DNA of 64,000 nucleotides from Octopus vulgaris (GCA_951406725.2 OX597814.1:103788001-103852000); one strand, 5' to 3'; shown: positions 1-12,964, counted from the stretch's first letter. Notes: a model not told the origin generated them from the letters alone. Numbers and translations: made by a program.

Positions 1-519
1 TAGATACAAATGTAATAGGTGCTAGACCACATTTACGTTGCTGGTGTATCACCATTTCCATAAGCGGGGGTGTTGAGAGTTGGGGGTTAGGTGTCTGATC
101 TTCTGAGAGTCGGCGACCAACTCTTTTAACATGTTAGACCTTATGTCTTGCGTGTCACTCGATGTTTTACCGAAGCAGCGGCCTGAGAGTGAGACGAGAT
201 GTTCACCGTTGGAATGCCGTTGTTTAGCCACTGTCAGCTTGATAGCAACTTGTCTTGCTCACGCCGACAATGACTTGGCCAGGGGGATAAAGTATTCCTA
301 TCAGCCTTGAGACTGAATCTGAGGCATTTCGTTTCATGAATATTTTTTCAACTCTGTTCAACTGTTTCCCGGTGAAGAAGAGTTTACCGTTCGAAATACT
401 GTAAAAAAATAACTGTAATATAAAACCATACTATAAAATACATAAAACCAACTGAAAAATACACATAGTTCATACATGTACACGCACACACATTCATACA
501 TACACACACACATATGTGT

Positions 520-995
520 GAGTGCGTATGCTATGTATTCGTGGATATCTCCTCTCCGCTATCCACACACCTCGCCAGAGCACTTCCGTGGACTGTGCCT
601 CTACTCTCTCTCTCTCCCCGCAAACGCCCGCCTCCCGGTTCCCTTACCTACTACCCCTCCACATCCAACGCACCATTCTCCGACCCTTCCGGTGACTCCA
701 GTCCAACCCCACCACTTTGCATCATCGTCCCTATCATATCACTGACTCTACCTGCACTTCTAGCAACGTCACTTACTGCATCTCCTGCTCTTTCTGCCCT
801 TCTCTGTAAATCGCTCAAACGGGACGTCGCTTTGCTGATAACCTCCGAGACATTGGACTCGGTAATGACAACTCGGCCTCGCGACATTTCCACTCTACCG
901 GTCATTCATTACAACATCTGTCTGTGTTCGGATTGTCTTTGCACAGGGGCCATCCAGACTACCGCCTTCGCCGTGAACAGGAATTAATGTTCTCT
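520..995 (+). pseudogene. Penelope-like element, decayed RT C-terminus and GIY-YIG endonuclease
   Basis: Manual translation with stops and frameshifts gives RLPVP/LTYYP..LHIQRTILRPFR*LQSNPTT, then from 753 CTSSNVTYCISCSFCPSL*IAQTGRRFADNLRDI..SASRHFHSTGHSLQHLSVFGL..RLRREQELMF, the typical PLE GIY-YIG signature. Confidence 0.85.
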
Positions 996-1129
996 CCTCG
1001 CTTCTTTACTCCACATGGCTCTTCCCTCTTCATCTGATACCTACTTCATCTTTTCACTCCTACCCACCTCTCCTCTCTTCTCTTACCCTGACACCTACTT
1101 CCTCTCTTCCCTTCTATCCACTTTCTCTC

Positions 1130-1515
1130 TTCATTGATACTCCCATCCATCCACCCCGCCCCACACATCCAACCCCCACACATCTCCACCCCACCCCACC
1201 CCATATCCTCACTCCAAACTCACACCCAACCCTCACATCCCCACACTGCCACACCGCCACACCACACACCACAACACCACCACACCACCACAACACCACC
1301 ACACCACCACATCACACTACCCACACCACTTCACACACACAAGCATTGACCATTTCCCAGCACCCACAACACACCGTCATCTGCATACCCACACAGCATC
1401 ATCCATACACCCACGCATTACAGACAACACACACACGCACACATTCACACGTCAAAGTCACTAGCTTCTATCCACACGCACACACACACTTTCACATACA
1501 CATACGCATACGCAC
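1130..1515. repeat. C/A-rich low-complexity tract
   Basis: Degenerate (CAC)n/(CA)n. Confidence 0.8.
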
Positions 1516-1569
1516 CTTCGTTTTGGGATCACCAGTGCCTTATCTCCCCTTCTTCCTAGCTCTCCTGTC

Positions 1570-1780
1570 CAACTACCTTTCTCCAACCAGTCGCCATGAT
1601 TGACCGCTAAATCCAAAAGTTTTTTTATATTCTCTCTCTGTTTACTTCCTGGTGTTCTTTTCTGTTGAAGAGCATAGACTTGAAACGTAAAAGACTTAAC
1701 TTTTCCCGAGCGTCAAACTAATACACCTGCTTATTGTTTACAGACCTGTCTTCGTCTCTTGTTTTCCTGTGAATTTCAGT
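1570..1780 (+). mobile_element. PLE terminal repeat (pLTR-like) with CUGUUGA hammerhead variant
   Basis: Lies downstream of the GIY-YIG remnant; homologous to 7095-7240 (+) and 63355-63600 (-); contains TTTT-CTGTTGA-A-GAGC..-GAAA-CG-TA-AAAGAC. Confidence 0.7.
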
Positions 1781-1870
1781 TAAGTACATACATACATACA
1801 TACATACGTGACCGCGTGTGTATCGTTTTTTTCCTCCGTCTTCCTTTCCTTGGATCTTTCCTTTTCCTAT

Positions 1871-1905
1871 GTTTCTCACGAAGAGCTCCGCTCCAAACAT
1901 TAAAT
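1871..1905 (+). ncRNA. degenerate hammerhead motif (probably inactive)
   Basis: GTTT-CTCACGA-A-GAGC-TCC-GCTC-CAAA-CA-TT-AAAT: intact stem II, core mutated at G5 and G12. Confidence 0.45.
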
Positions 1906-2023
1906 CATCCTTCTTTCTTTCTTTTCCTGTGCGTCCAATAACACTATACATGTTCCACGTCCTCGCGTTGTTGTTTTCTCTTTGTCTTTTCATGTTTGGA
2001 TTAACTATATACATGTGTGTGTA

Positions 2024-2062
<39 letters not shown>

Positions 2063-2973
2063 ACATACATACATAAATACATACATGCATGTATACATAC
2101 ATACATACATATATTTATAGTGCAGTTCTCGTCTTCTACGATATATGTCTGTACAGGTACATGTCTGTTAATCACCTATATGAGAGAACGCCTCAAGGCG
2201 TTCTAACAAGGCATCTACGTTAAGCTGGGTGTCTGTCTATTCAGATTCTACTGAGGAGGAAATGAGATTAGATTTGTAGAAGTCAGACGTTTGAAATATA
2301 TCCGTTGACTCTGCAGCTATGCATTGAGTACTTCGTTTGAGTATTTTTTTCTCCTTTTTCATATAAATCGGAAATATACAACAGCAATTACCATCCATAG
2401 AGGCGCGCGCGCACAAATATATATTCGCCCACATAGACACGTCCATATATATATGACAGCATTCTTAGACTTTTGTAAAGTCATGAAAGAACGTGACATC
2501 CACAGTAGTGAGCTTTAAATAATGTAGTTGGGCGTTAACGAGGTTTGTTTGTCGTCTTCTTTTATTATTTTCCAACAATGAGGCCGCGGGAATCTTTAAT
2601 TTTACGTTTGTAATAAATTGTTACGCTAAAACACAAAAGACAGAAAGAACGAAAAATATTGTTGATAATACATCTTGTACAATAACGATTGTAATAGCAA
2701 TTATCATCACTATTGTTGTTACTATGGCAACTGACATATATAATATAGTGATAATGTTATCTTTTAATATAGTTTCCCAAACTATAGTTGTGACACAAAT
2801 GACAATACCTACCCACCTACCTATTTACCTACCTACCTACCTACCCACCTACCGTTATAGTTTTGTGTTGGTTCAGAAAATAAAACAGGCCACAAAACAG
2901 AGAAAGTACTCAACACTATTAAGTGACGTATGTGATATAGTTTAGTTTTATATAATTATTAATACTATAATAT

Positions 2974-3007
<34 letters not shown>

Positions 3008-4333
3008 CGTGTGTGTGAGATATGATATGCATTGGAATATATAATGAATAATCATTATTAGTGGAAAGTTAATTACTCTACAGGTATGAATACCTTTTAG
3101 TCACTAGTGGTGACTAAGTACAGTCAATCATTTGTAAATCTCCAGCTAACTGAATCCAAAAGAGAAGCCATCAGACCGTGGAAATGAGAAGCGGTTGAAG
3201 TGTGAGGAATTTGTCCACGGAATAAAAGGAAATAAAGGAAACTGAGAGAGAATTGGAGATTGAAATATTTGAAACATCAAAAGATAAAAGTTGGCAATTA
3301 ATTGGTCATGACTTGATTTCTTGCTGGATGGTTTATAAGTTCGTTTTCTTGGAGAGACAACTTTTACGGAAGTCGTCATTTCCTCTCTGGACCAGACAAG
3401 TGTGTTCCCCTATGAGCTTCAACTTTAAAAACGGTGAATATAGCTACAATGGTGTTAAAATATGATATAAACGATATACAATGTCGGATTTATAACCTAA
3501 ATCAACAAGAGTTATTGATGAAGGTGATAAATATTGTTTATCATCTCCCTATTTTAGAAGTGCTTGATCTATCATATTTATATCGAAATCATTCTATATT
3601 GAACTTCATTCATTAGCTTTCGATGATAATAAAGTTGGTCCATATTTAGCTATAAAACTGAAATTTATATTTTCAATTGTCTTGTTTTGAATATTGTTCA
3701 TATGATTATTTTAACAATGTTGATATATACACAAGAATATTTTTCGGGTGTATTTTAATGTTAGTTGCTAGTAAAGGTTTCTATAACGTTGTCGATATTT
3801 ACATGTGAAGGGTTTTCGAATATTATTTGTTCACCGAATGAAATTCATACAAATGTCATTGATTTTGGCATGCTATGATAGTGAAGTATTAATCTGTTTT
3901 ATTGATCCTTTGCTTACATAATGAAACATTTTCTAATTGCTTATTGATAAGTGTGTTATTTGCAAATACAATAGCATATTTTTCGGTTGTACATAGGCTG
4001 CAGGTTTTTCTTTAATACCACAATGAAATTTCGCGCGACTGATAACACCCCGTTTACTGGTCAATGGAGTATATTTGTTTTTCAAATTCCATATGAACAA
4101 CAATAAAGTAGTGTCTTTACTTATGCTGCAAAAGATTCTGGTGTGCTGATTATAGCGGATATTAAAATCTTGACAGCAATATTTTATGGATGGGTATTAA
4201 ATGTGTTATATAATCAACTAAGTTTTTTTTAAAGAAACGCCTCCTAAATAGTACATTTTAGGAAACTGATTCTTTAATAAAGGAATACGGTCTAATCATA
4301 TCGAATACTTTACTATATTGTGGTACTATTATC

Positions 4334-4737
4334 GGCGCAGGAGTGGCTGTGTGGTAGGTAGCTTGCTTACCAGCCACATGGTTCCGGGTTCAGTCCCACT
4401 GCGTAGTACCTTGGGCAAGTGTCTTCTACTATAGCCTCGGGCCGACCAAAGCCTTTTGAGTGGATCTAGTAGACGGAAACTGAAAGAAGCCCGTCGTATA
4501 TATGCATGTGTGTGTGTGTGTTTGTGTGTCTGTGTTTGTCACCCCAACATCACTTGACAACCGATGTTGGTGTGTTTACGTCCCCGTAACTTAGCGGTTC
4601 GGCAAAAGAGAGCGATAGAATAAGTAAGTACTAGGCTTACAAGGAATAAGTCCTGGGGGTCGATTTGCTTGACTTAAGGCGGTGCTCCAGCATGGCCGCA
4701 GTCAAATGCCTGAAACAAGTAAAAGAGTAAAAGAGTA
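4334..4737 (+). mobile_element. tRNA-derived SINE family A, full length
   Basis: A box TGGCTGTGTGG, B box GGTTCAGTCC, internal (TG)n, tail GGTGCTCCAGCATGGCCGCAGTC..(GTAAAAGA)2; several copies in the window. Confidence 0.9.
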
Positions 4738-4775
4738 CTGAAGGAGGGGCAATAACTCCTGAAATATGCATCTAC
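4735..4775 (+). ncRNA. minimal type I hammerhead motif (A9G)
   Basis: GTA-CTGAAGG-AGGGG-CAATAA-CTCCT-GAAA-TATGCA-TC-TAC: stems I, II and III all pair. Confidence 0.6.
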
Positions 4776-5707
4776 ACACATTACATTTTTCCCTATCTTC
4801 GATCGCAGTGTTTATATAAATATATTCGTATACGAAACATCGCAACTTTCAGTGCTGGATCTAAATTCTATAGATGATTTGTAGAGAGACACTTAAAAGT
4901 GACTATACTAAATAGTACATACTTATAGTATAGATTACAAGTATAGCATATACTATACTATTGAAGTAGTATATCCTATAATCTATTTAAGAGATATACA
5001 AGATTGATCATACTTGTCAACTAGATTTTCTTCCGGGTTATCATTACCAAACGGGACATTAATTAGTGGAATGAATTTCTGAGAAAATATAACAACTAGA
5101 TTTTAGATGATTTTTGTCGCTGGTAAGCAGGAATAAAAAGTGGGAAGGCCGAACAATATTAAGTAATTTAGAAAATAAAGTAATAAGAAAGAATTTAATA
5201 AACAAAAGTATTGAATATATTAGTAAAGCAAAAAACTTCAAATTCTGACCCTAACATAATTTTGGACTATGGAGGATAATATTCCACTAAAATGAAAAGT
5301 TTGGCGGTTTCTACTAATCCAACGTCTGGTAATGATTTCCATATAAAGAAATATAAAAAAAACATTACAACTTTCTAATTTATTCCTGGAATTAAAACAA
5401 AATTGAAAACAGAAAAGAAGAATTTTGAACGTACGCAAAAAGATCCTGGTTTCGCCAATTATATTTTGTCTTGCGTAAAACTATTTTCAGACTTGATAAA
5501 ACATTAAATTCAGAAAAAATAAATAAGTAAAAGATACAAATGAATGATCTAAGTAATTGAATAATCAAAATTGATAGAAAAATATGGAGGGATTTTAGTC
5601 TATACATACACATAAGCACGCTTACACGCACTCACAGAAAGACACACATATTCTTACATACGTACATACTTATACATGTGAGTGTATGTTTTTATGTATA
5701 TATTTCC

Positions 5708-5766
5708 TCTTTGATGAAGCTTAGAGGAAATACGCTTGGCTGAATCAACGAGGCCATGTTGTAAGA
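5708..5766 (+). ncRNA. degenerate type I hammerhead motif
   Basis: TCT-TTGATGA-AGCTTAG..CTTGGCT-GAAT-CAACG..TGTTG-TA-AGA; two core substitutions (C3U, A15.1U). Confidence 0.45.
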
Positions 5767-5949
5767 ATATAAATAAATCTAATTATCGGATGCTTTGTTT
5801 ATAACATTGAGTTCTTTCTTACTTGTGGACTACATCGGTGCTCAGATATAAGTACCCCACTCTCTATTCTCTCTCTCTCTCTCTCTCCCTCTCTTTACTC
5901 TCTCCCTCTCTTTACTCTCTCCCTCTCTTTACTCTCTCCCTCTCCAAAT

Positions 5950-6509
5950 ATATATGTGTGTGAGTCTTTATAGGTGTGTGTGTGTCTTCTCGGATCTCGA
6001 GCATCCTTCATCCGATTGCGCTCAAATTTGATATGTAGATACCGACGGTATCAGGGCGTGTATAAGTCTTGAAAAAAATTACAAAAATCGATTCCAGGTG
6101 AGAATGCGATCGATAAAGCCGTTTTTGTCCTGCTTTTCTTCCGTCAACCTGTACATAACTGCACCTTCCATTTTTTGTTGATATTGTACTGCTTAAAAGT
6201 ACGTTTCTTTCCTGCCAAGCATACTGTTTAAAATCCGTTCTGTGCGTGTGTGTGTGTCTTCCCAGTCAACAGCCTTATCATTACTGGTACTTTAAACACT
6301 TTGGGCGCATATTTGTGTGAATAAAATCGTTTTTCTTTGGAATAGAAAAAAAAGTTTATCTTTATTTCTTCTTTTGTTGGTGTCCATGTTAAATCAGTGT
6401 TTCTCAAATGGGAGGCCTATGAGACGGTCGAACAAGTTGTTTTGAGAAAATTTGGTTTAAATGTTTGACAACTCAGCACCGTCCACTGGACTGGGGGGCG
6501 TTTTGCTCG
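5950..6509 (+). mobile_element. probable non-autonomous Helitron-like element
   Basis: Ends in a GC-rich imperfect hairpin followed by CTCG|T (CTRR-like); start is approximate. Confidence 0.45.
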
Positions 6510-6540
6510 TATATACATGTATATGTATGTATATATATAT

Positions 6541-6879
6541 AAGGGTAAAGACCCCCTTCGGTCATGAATGACCATGGGATTGCACCTAGAAAGTTACCCT
6601 CCTAGACACAAGTCCGGGCAAGGTTGTTTATGGTAGACCAGCAGTCGCCCATGCATACCGGCCTCCCCTCTCCACGCCACCAGTGTTATCCAAGGGAAAG
6701 ACAAAGGTTGATACAGCTTGGCACCTGTGACGTCGCAACTAATTTCTACAGCTGAGTGAACTGGAGCAACGTGAAATAAAGTGTTTTGCTCAAGAACACA
6801 ACACGCAGCCCGGACCGGGATTCGAGCTCACAACCTCACGATCGTAAGCTCGACGCTCTAACCACTGAGCCATGCGCCT
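6541..6879 (-). mobile_element. tRNA-derived SINE family C, full length
   Basis: Minus strand starts GGCGCATGGCTCAGTGGTTAGAGCG..TTACGAT..GAGCTCGAATCCC (A and B boxes, ACG anticodon-like loop), then core TGTGTTCTTGAGCAAAACACTTTATTTCACGTTGCTCCAG. Confidence 0.9.
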
Positions 6880-6965
6880 ATACATATACTTATATATATA
6901 CATGCATATATATATATTTGTGTATATAAAGATATATATATATATACATACACACATATATATAT

Positions 6966-7019
<54 letters not shown>

Positions 7020-7094
7020 TTATATATACATATTTGTGTATATGTATTTGTGCTATACTGGAGCGCCGAAATGTATAAGTCTTTTTCATTCTCT

Positions 7095-7240
7095 TTCTGT
7101 TTCTTTTCTCTTATTGCTTTCTGTTGAAGAGCGTAGGCTCGAAACGTAAAAGACTTCTTAATTTTTCCCCAGCGTCAAACTAATACACTCGCTTGTTGTT
7201 CATGTATCTGTCCTCGTCTTTTATTTATCTATAAATTTCA
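7095..7240 (+). mobile_element. PLE pLTR-like repeat with CUGUUGA hammerhead (7117-7153)
   Basis: CTTT-CTGTTGA-A-GAGC-GTAG-GCTC-GAAA-CG-TA-AAAG; homologous to 1570-1780. Confidence 0.75.
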
Positions 7241-7242
7241 AC

Positions 7243-7453
<211 letters not shown>

Positions 7454-7966
7454 AACATTTTGTATTAGATCAAGATATCAGATATTTGTCTTAAACATTC
7501 AGACCAGCAAATTCATAATTCGGATGTATGACATGAGATATTATTCCATTCAAATTACCACATATTTATATGAAGACATAGATGATAAATATATAGAAAT
7601 ATAAGAATATAAACGTGAAAAATAAAATAAAAACATAAAAATATATAAGGAGTACCATAAAAGTATAAGACATATTTAGAATAGATTAAAGGAGGCGATT
7701 GAGAGGATCAGTCCAGACGGCCGTTTCTGATAAGTTTTAAGAGGCTGTATGAAATAATCCAAATTCAACTTCCTTTCAGGTTTCCTTTCTCGTGGTAAAA
7801 TCCAGTAAGGCACACTGCAGGGTGAAAATCTCAGTTGGTCTTTGAGTATTGAATGGATGAATAACAATAAAAATATAAATGTCAAAATAAAACCGGACAG
7901 GACTAAAATCATAAGAATATAATCATTTGTATACAAATATTAAATACGAAATTAAATATATAAATA

Positions 7967-8362
7967 TCTTTATATATAAAAGTCAAGTTGTTTGTCTGTC
8001 TCCTACGATTTAGATTCCTAACTACTCCCACATTTTGCAGTGTAGTTTAACCAAAACCGGGTATCTTATAGTCGTGATTCATATCGAGCCCTTCTGGGTA
8101 TTAGCGCGCGTCTACGATGAGTCTACGATTTAAAAAAAATTTTACCATCATTTTTTCCATTTTAATGCCTCTTTCTCTATTAAAAAAAGGGAAGTAACTC
8201 TCTAAAAATGTCTACGATGAGTCAACGATTTAAAAAAAATTTACCATAATTTTTTTTCCATTTTTAATGCATTTTTTTGCTATTTTTTGGCTATAACTCT
8301 CTAAAAATGCTTATATAGTTATTTCCCTTACAAACCCGAGCAACGCCGGGCGATACTGCTAG
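7967..8362 (+). mobile_element. non-autonomous Helitron, complete
   Basis: A|TCTTTATATATAAA 5' end; subterminal hairpin CCCGAGCAACGCCGGG (8335-8350); CTAG|T 3' end; internal duplication of TCTACGATGAGTC.. Confidence 0.85.
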
Positions 8363-8777
8363 TATATATATATTATATATAATTTGAATGTACTCATGTT
8401 TTTTGCTTCGGCTTTTTCCATGGGCGCATGTAAGTATCTTATTTATATTCCTTCCTAAGCTCTACTAAAGAGGAATAAATTTTTATGAGATTAATTCCGA
8501 AATTGATTCAATATAGAGATAACGAATTTTAAGAAATTCTAACGGCCAGTTTGCCCGACTTCAGTTCTTCTGTCTTTGCTGTAGCGAGTATATTATATGT
8601 GGAAATTGACGATTTAATAATCTGTTATCAGCATATTGGCTTTGAAATAATTTTCTTTAGCCCTTACTTATAAATTGTTTATAATTTTAACCGTAAAGGT
8701 ATTTTAATATACTGCCACATTTCTTGAGAAAAAAACTTCATCCTATATTAGTAGTAGTATATATATATATATATATA

Positions 8778-9026
8778 TTAATAAAAATGGTAAGATAACA
8801 AAAGAATGAAAGAGACCCCGATATTATGTAAATAGAGGAATTTATCTGTAAAAGTAATATGTAACAGTTTTTCGGTAGCCATGATAAAACTCCGAGTTTC
8901 GGATGCCGAGGTGGAAATCCACGTCGCCACCTCATCAGTTATCTGGCCATCGGAAAAATCTCGGCTTCCGTAACTTGGAGTTTTATCATGGCTAACGAAT
9001 AATTGTCACATATTACTTTTACAGAT
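8778..9026 (-). mobile_element. foldback hammerhead element, family H1
   Basis: Inserted in (TA)n; 8844-8898 is inverted at 8972-9026; homologous to 12965-13125 and 63628-63915. Confidence 0.8.
8877..8948 (-). ncRNA. type I hammerhead ribozyme, canonical core
   Basis: GGCCA-GAUAA-CUGAUGA-[GGUGGCGACGUGGAUUUCCACCUCGGCAUCC]-GAAA-CU-CGG-AG-UU^UUAUC-A-UGGCU; predicted cleavage between 8888 and 8887. Confidence 0.85.
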
Positions 9027-9079
9027 ACACACACACACAGATAGATATATATATATATATATATTTACACACACACACG

Positions 9080-9265
<186 letters not shown>

Positions 9266-9448
9266 CGAATATAATATTGTTCGTGTATGTGTGTGTATGT
9301 CTGTACATATGTACATACGTACACACACACACATACATACATATATACACCTAAATAGAGAAAAATAAATAGAAGAAAATTTTATAAAATGTGTGAAAGA
9401 TAGAGAACAGATTAGAATGTGTATTTGATTGCATTGATACGGTCTTCA

Positions 9449-9560
9449 TATATACACTCGTTTATATGTAGGCAGGTGTCTAGCTATATACACTCGTTTA
9501 TAGGTTGACAGGTGTGTAGCTATATACACTCGCTTACATTTAGGCAGGTGCATGGCAGCT
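9449..9560. repeat. 36-bp minisatellite, 3 copies
   Basis: Unit TATATACACTCGTTTATATGTAGGCAGGTGTCTAGC. Confidence 0.8.
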
Positions 9561-10086
9561 ATCAAATGTAAGCGTATATTCCTTCAATAAAAACCATTTA
9601 CCTTACCAGTGAAAATTTGTATAAATACTTGTGTGTATGTGTGTGTGTGTGTGTGTGTGTGCCTGTGTAATATATGTACGTGTGTGTATGTTTGTATGTA
9701 TATGTGTGTGTGTATGTATATATATAAATATATATACATACATTTGTATTTTATTTTTGTACTATATATATATATGTATACACACACACACTCATCTCAG
9801 CTGATAAGGCGAGATGAGTTTATCTCTAGGCGCGGTGGAAGCCACTGGTGAGCGTTAAGATGCGTTAAGCGTCAAAATGCGAAATCATTGATGATCTGGT
9901 TCTATCTGTGACTGTAGGGAGCTTGTCCCCTTGTCAGCTCATTAAGATAGTGTTTGGTGTGGCTATTGAGTTGTTTTGACTCTTATTTCTAGCAATACTG
10001 GTGCAGATTGGTGTCCGTTCTTCACTTTACAAACATGTTTCTGCCTTTAGGTTATAAATCTGCGAATTAGCCACCCATATCATATA

Positions 10087-10222
10087 TGGCTGTGTGGTAC
10101 GTAGCTTGCTTACCAACCATATCGTTCTGGGTTCAGTCCTACTGCGTGACACCTTGGGCAAGTGTCTCCTACTATAGCCATGTGAGTGGATTTGGTTGAC
10201 GGAAACTGAAAGAAGCCCGTCG

Positions 10223-10225
<3 letters not shown>
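10087..10225 (+). mobile_element. SINE family A, 5' part
   Basis: Homology to 4340-4500. Confidence 0.85.
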
Positions 10226-10281
<56 letters not shown>

Positions 10282-10333
10282 CAACAAATACCTGATGTAT
10301 ACTATACGGTTTATTATCTAATAATAATGACTT

Positions 10334-10410
<77 letters not shown>

Positions 10411-10436
10411 CCATGCATATATATACTTACGAATAC

Positions 10437-10484
<48 letters not shown>

Positions 10485-10493
10485 AAAAACAAC

Positions 10494-10722
10494 AAATAAC
10501 AATAGATTACGGTTTACTACAGCTGTTTCACACATTTTTTTTATTGATGAACAAAAGTGATACAGCATGCATAAAAAACGTTAGAAAACGGGTAAGAATG
10601 AAACATTGTGAACATCATAAGAACAAGTACAAAGTACCATTTGACTCTGCTGACCCAAATTAGTACCGCCGATAAAAAGCACACCTGAAACAGCTGTAGT
10701 GAACCGTAATCTGTTGTTATTT
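10494..10722. mobile_element. inverted-repeat element with hammerhead 3' halves (GAAACAGCTGTA)
   Basis: 37-bp arms at 10494-10530 and 10686-10722 with 2 mismatches; symmetry starts at TGAAA-CAGCTG-TA. Confidence 0.7.
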
Positions 10723-10977
10723 ACTTATCTTTCATCTGACTCGGAACCTGGATCTAGAGTCTAATTGAGTGCAGTGCAATAGGTGCAGTGAGTGTATCCA
10801 TGTGTGACCATGACAATTCGTTGTGCATTCAGTCCGCCATTTGTGATTGAACACACAACCGGAGTACAAATCTGTGTTTCCTTTAGTAAGTACGTATTCG
10901 TCCTTAAATATTGTTTGTACACAATACCGTTATCACCTGATTGTCTTGAATCCTGGAAATTTTTACATACATATGAG

Positions 10978-11259
10978 AAATAAGGATAAACACAAGTTTA
11001 TATTAAAGTTCCTACGCGCGTTTCACCATTATGGTTGTTTGGAACCCTGTGAAAGAAGTTCCAAAGGCATGTAGATGCTGAACCAGAACGATTACTCAGG
11101 GAACCATTTATTGCATTAAATTACTATAAGGTGTTCCCTGGAGGATCGTTCTGGTTCAACACTCAAATGTATTTGGAACTTCTGTGGCAAGGCACAAAAC
11201 TACCATAATGGTGAAACGCGCATAGGAACTTTAATATAAACTTGTGCTTATCGTTATTT
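10978..11259. mobile_element. foldback element with two divergent long-stem-II hammerhead motifs, family H2
   Basis: Arms of about 127 bp; minus 11008-11104 GUUCC-CUGAGUA-[68 nt]-GAAA-CGCGCG-UA-GGAAC; plus 11133-11229 GUUCC-CUGGAGG-[68 nt]-GAAA-CGCGCA-UA-GGAAC. Confidence 0.75.
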
Positions 11260-11404
11260 TGCTTCCATTTACTCTGTAGTTCATAACTGGTAACACCATT
11301 CAGGATAGAATTTATTTAACAACTCTACAAGTCTGGATTAGGATAATCTACGTGAAGCTCTAAACATAACAGTAGCAGTCATACATTTTTCTACACACAA
11401 TCTC

Positions 11405-11412
11405 TACTACTA

Positions 11413-11503
<91 letters not shown>
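11405..11503. repeat. (CTA)n(CTG)n(CTA)n compound microsatellite
   Basis: Direct inspection. Confidence 0.95.
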
Positions 11504-11506
<3 letters not shown>

Positions 11507-11603
11507 CACACGCACACGTGTGTGTGTATACATACACTCATTGAAACTTCACAAGTAACAAAACTACAAGTTTCAGGTTTCCGGTGTTTTTAAGTGTGTG
11601 TGG

Positions 11604-11639
<36 letters not shown>

Positions 11640-12004
11640 GTGTGTGTGTGTGCGTGTGCAGGCGACGGATGTTTAACGGTGCCAATCGTGTCGACTTGAT
11701 TATGAATGGAGATTGAATAAAAGTTTTTTTTTACAAAAGGGAAACCTTTTTTTATTTAATTTCATTCATTTATTTTGTTTTTTTTTTGTCTCTGACGATC
11801 TTGACGACAATTCATGAAAGTGGGGGTAGGATGGGGGGAACATTCCTCCGAAAAAAACTACAAAAGGAACAAGAATAACATCAAGAACAACAACAACAAT
11901 AATAATAAAGCCGATGGGTTGTAAAAGGATTTAAGTTTGAGAGCTTTGTGCAATAATAGTACAACTACTACTTGAATAAGTTAAATATTTACTACTGCCA
12001 ACGG

Positions 12005-12108
12005 CACCACCACCACCACCACCAGCACCACCACCACCACCACCAACACCAACACCACCACCACCACCACCACCACCACCACCAACACCAACACCAACAC
12101 CTCCACCA
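12005..12108. repeat. (CCA)n imperfect microsatellite
   Basis: Direct inspection. Confidence 0.9.
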
Positions 12109-12576
12109 CTTGTCCCAAACAGCAAATAAAATACAGTAGCAGGATATAAGAAGTGTGTTAAGAAAAAGTGTTTAGAAATGAAGGAGTGGGTGTATATTGA
12201 CTGAGGGAGTGTGGAGAAGGGTGGCGGTGGTGGTGGAATAAATATTCAGTTGATTTAGGCCCTTTCTCGCTCCTAATCTCACCCCCTGTTCCACAACCAA
12301 TCCATCACGGAAATCTAAGCAGATCTTTAGAAATTAACGAAAAAAATGTGGTCACTTGTACAAACGCGCGCAAATGTACACACACACACGCACACACACG
12401 CACACACACGCACACACACGCTCACATACATATGCATATATATATATGCATATATGTATAAGTATACTCACGCGCGCCCACACACGCAACACATACATAG
12501 CAATAGCGCTAAGCAGTAATGTGTATAAATACAAACTTCTTACCAGTTCAAATATGCACATGTGTGTGTGTGTCTG

Positions 12577-12964
<388 letters not shown>

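Noticed and set aside
365-408. GTGAAGA-A-GAG..TTC-GAAA-TACTG-TA hammerhead relic
   Set aside because: C3G without compensation and weak stem I; too degenerate to call, though it may be a relic
2246-2272. CTGAGGA-G-GAAA hammerhead-like word
   Set aside because: No room for stem II and poor stems I and III; likely chance
6805-6879. tRNA-Arg-like gene
   Set aside because: No closed acceptor stem and it continues into a SINE body, so it is a SINE head
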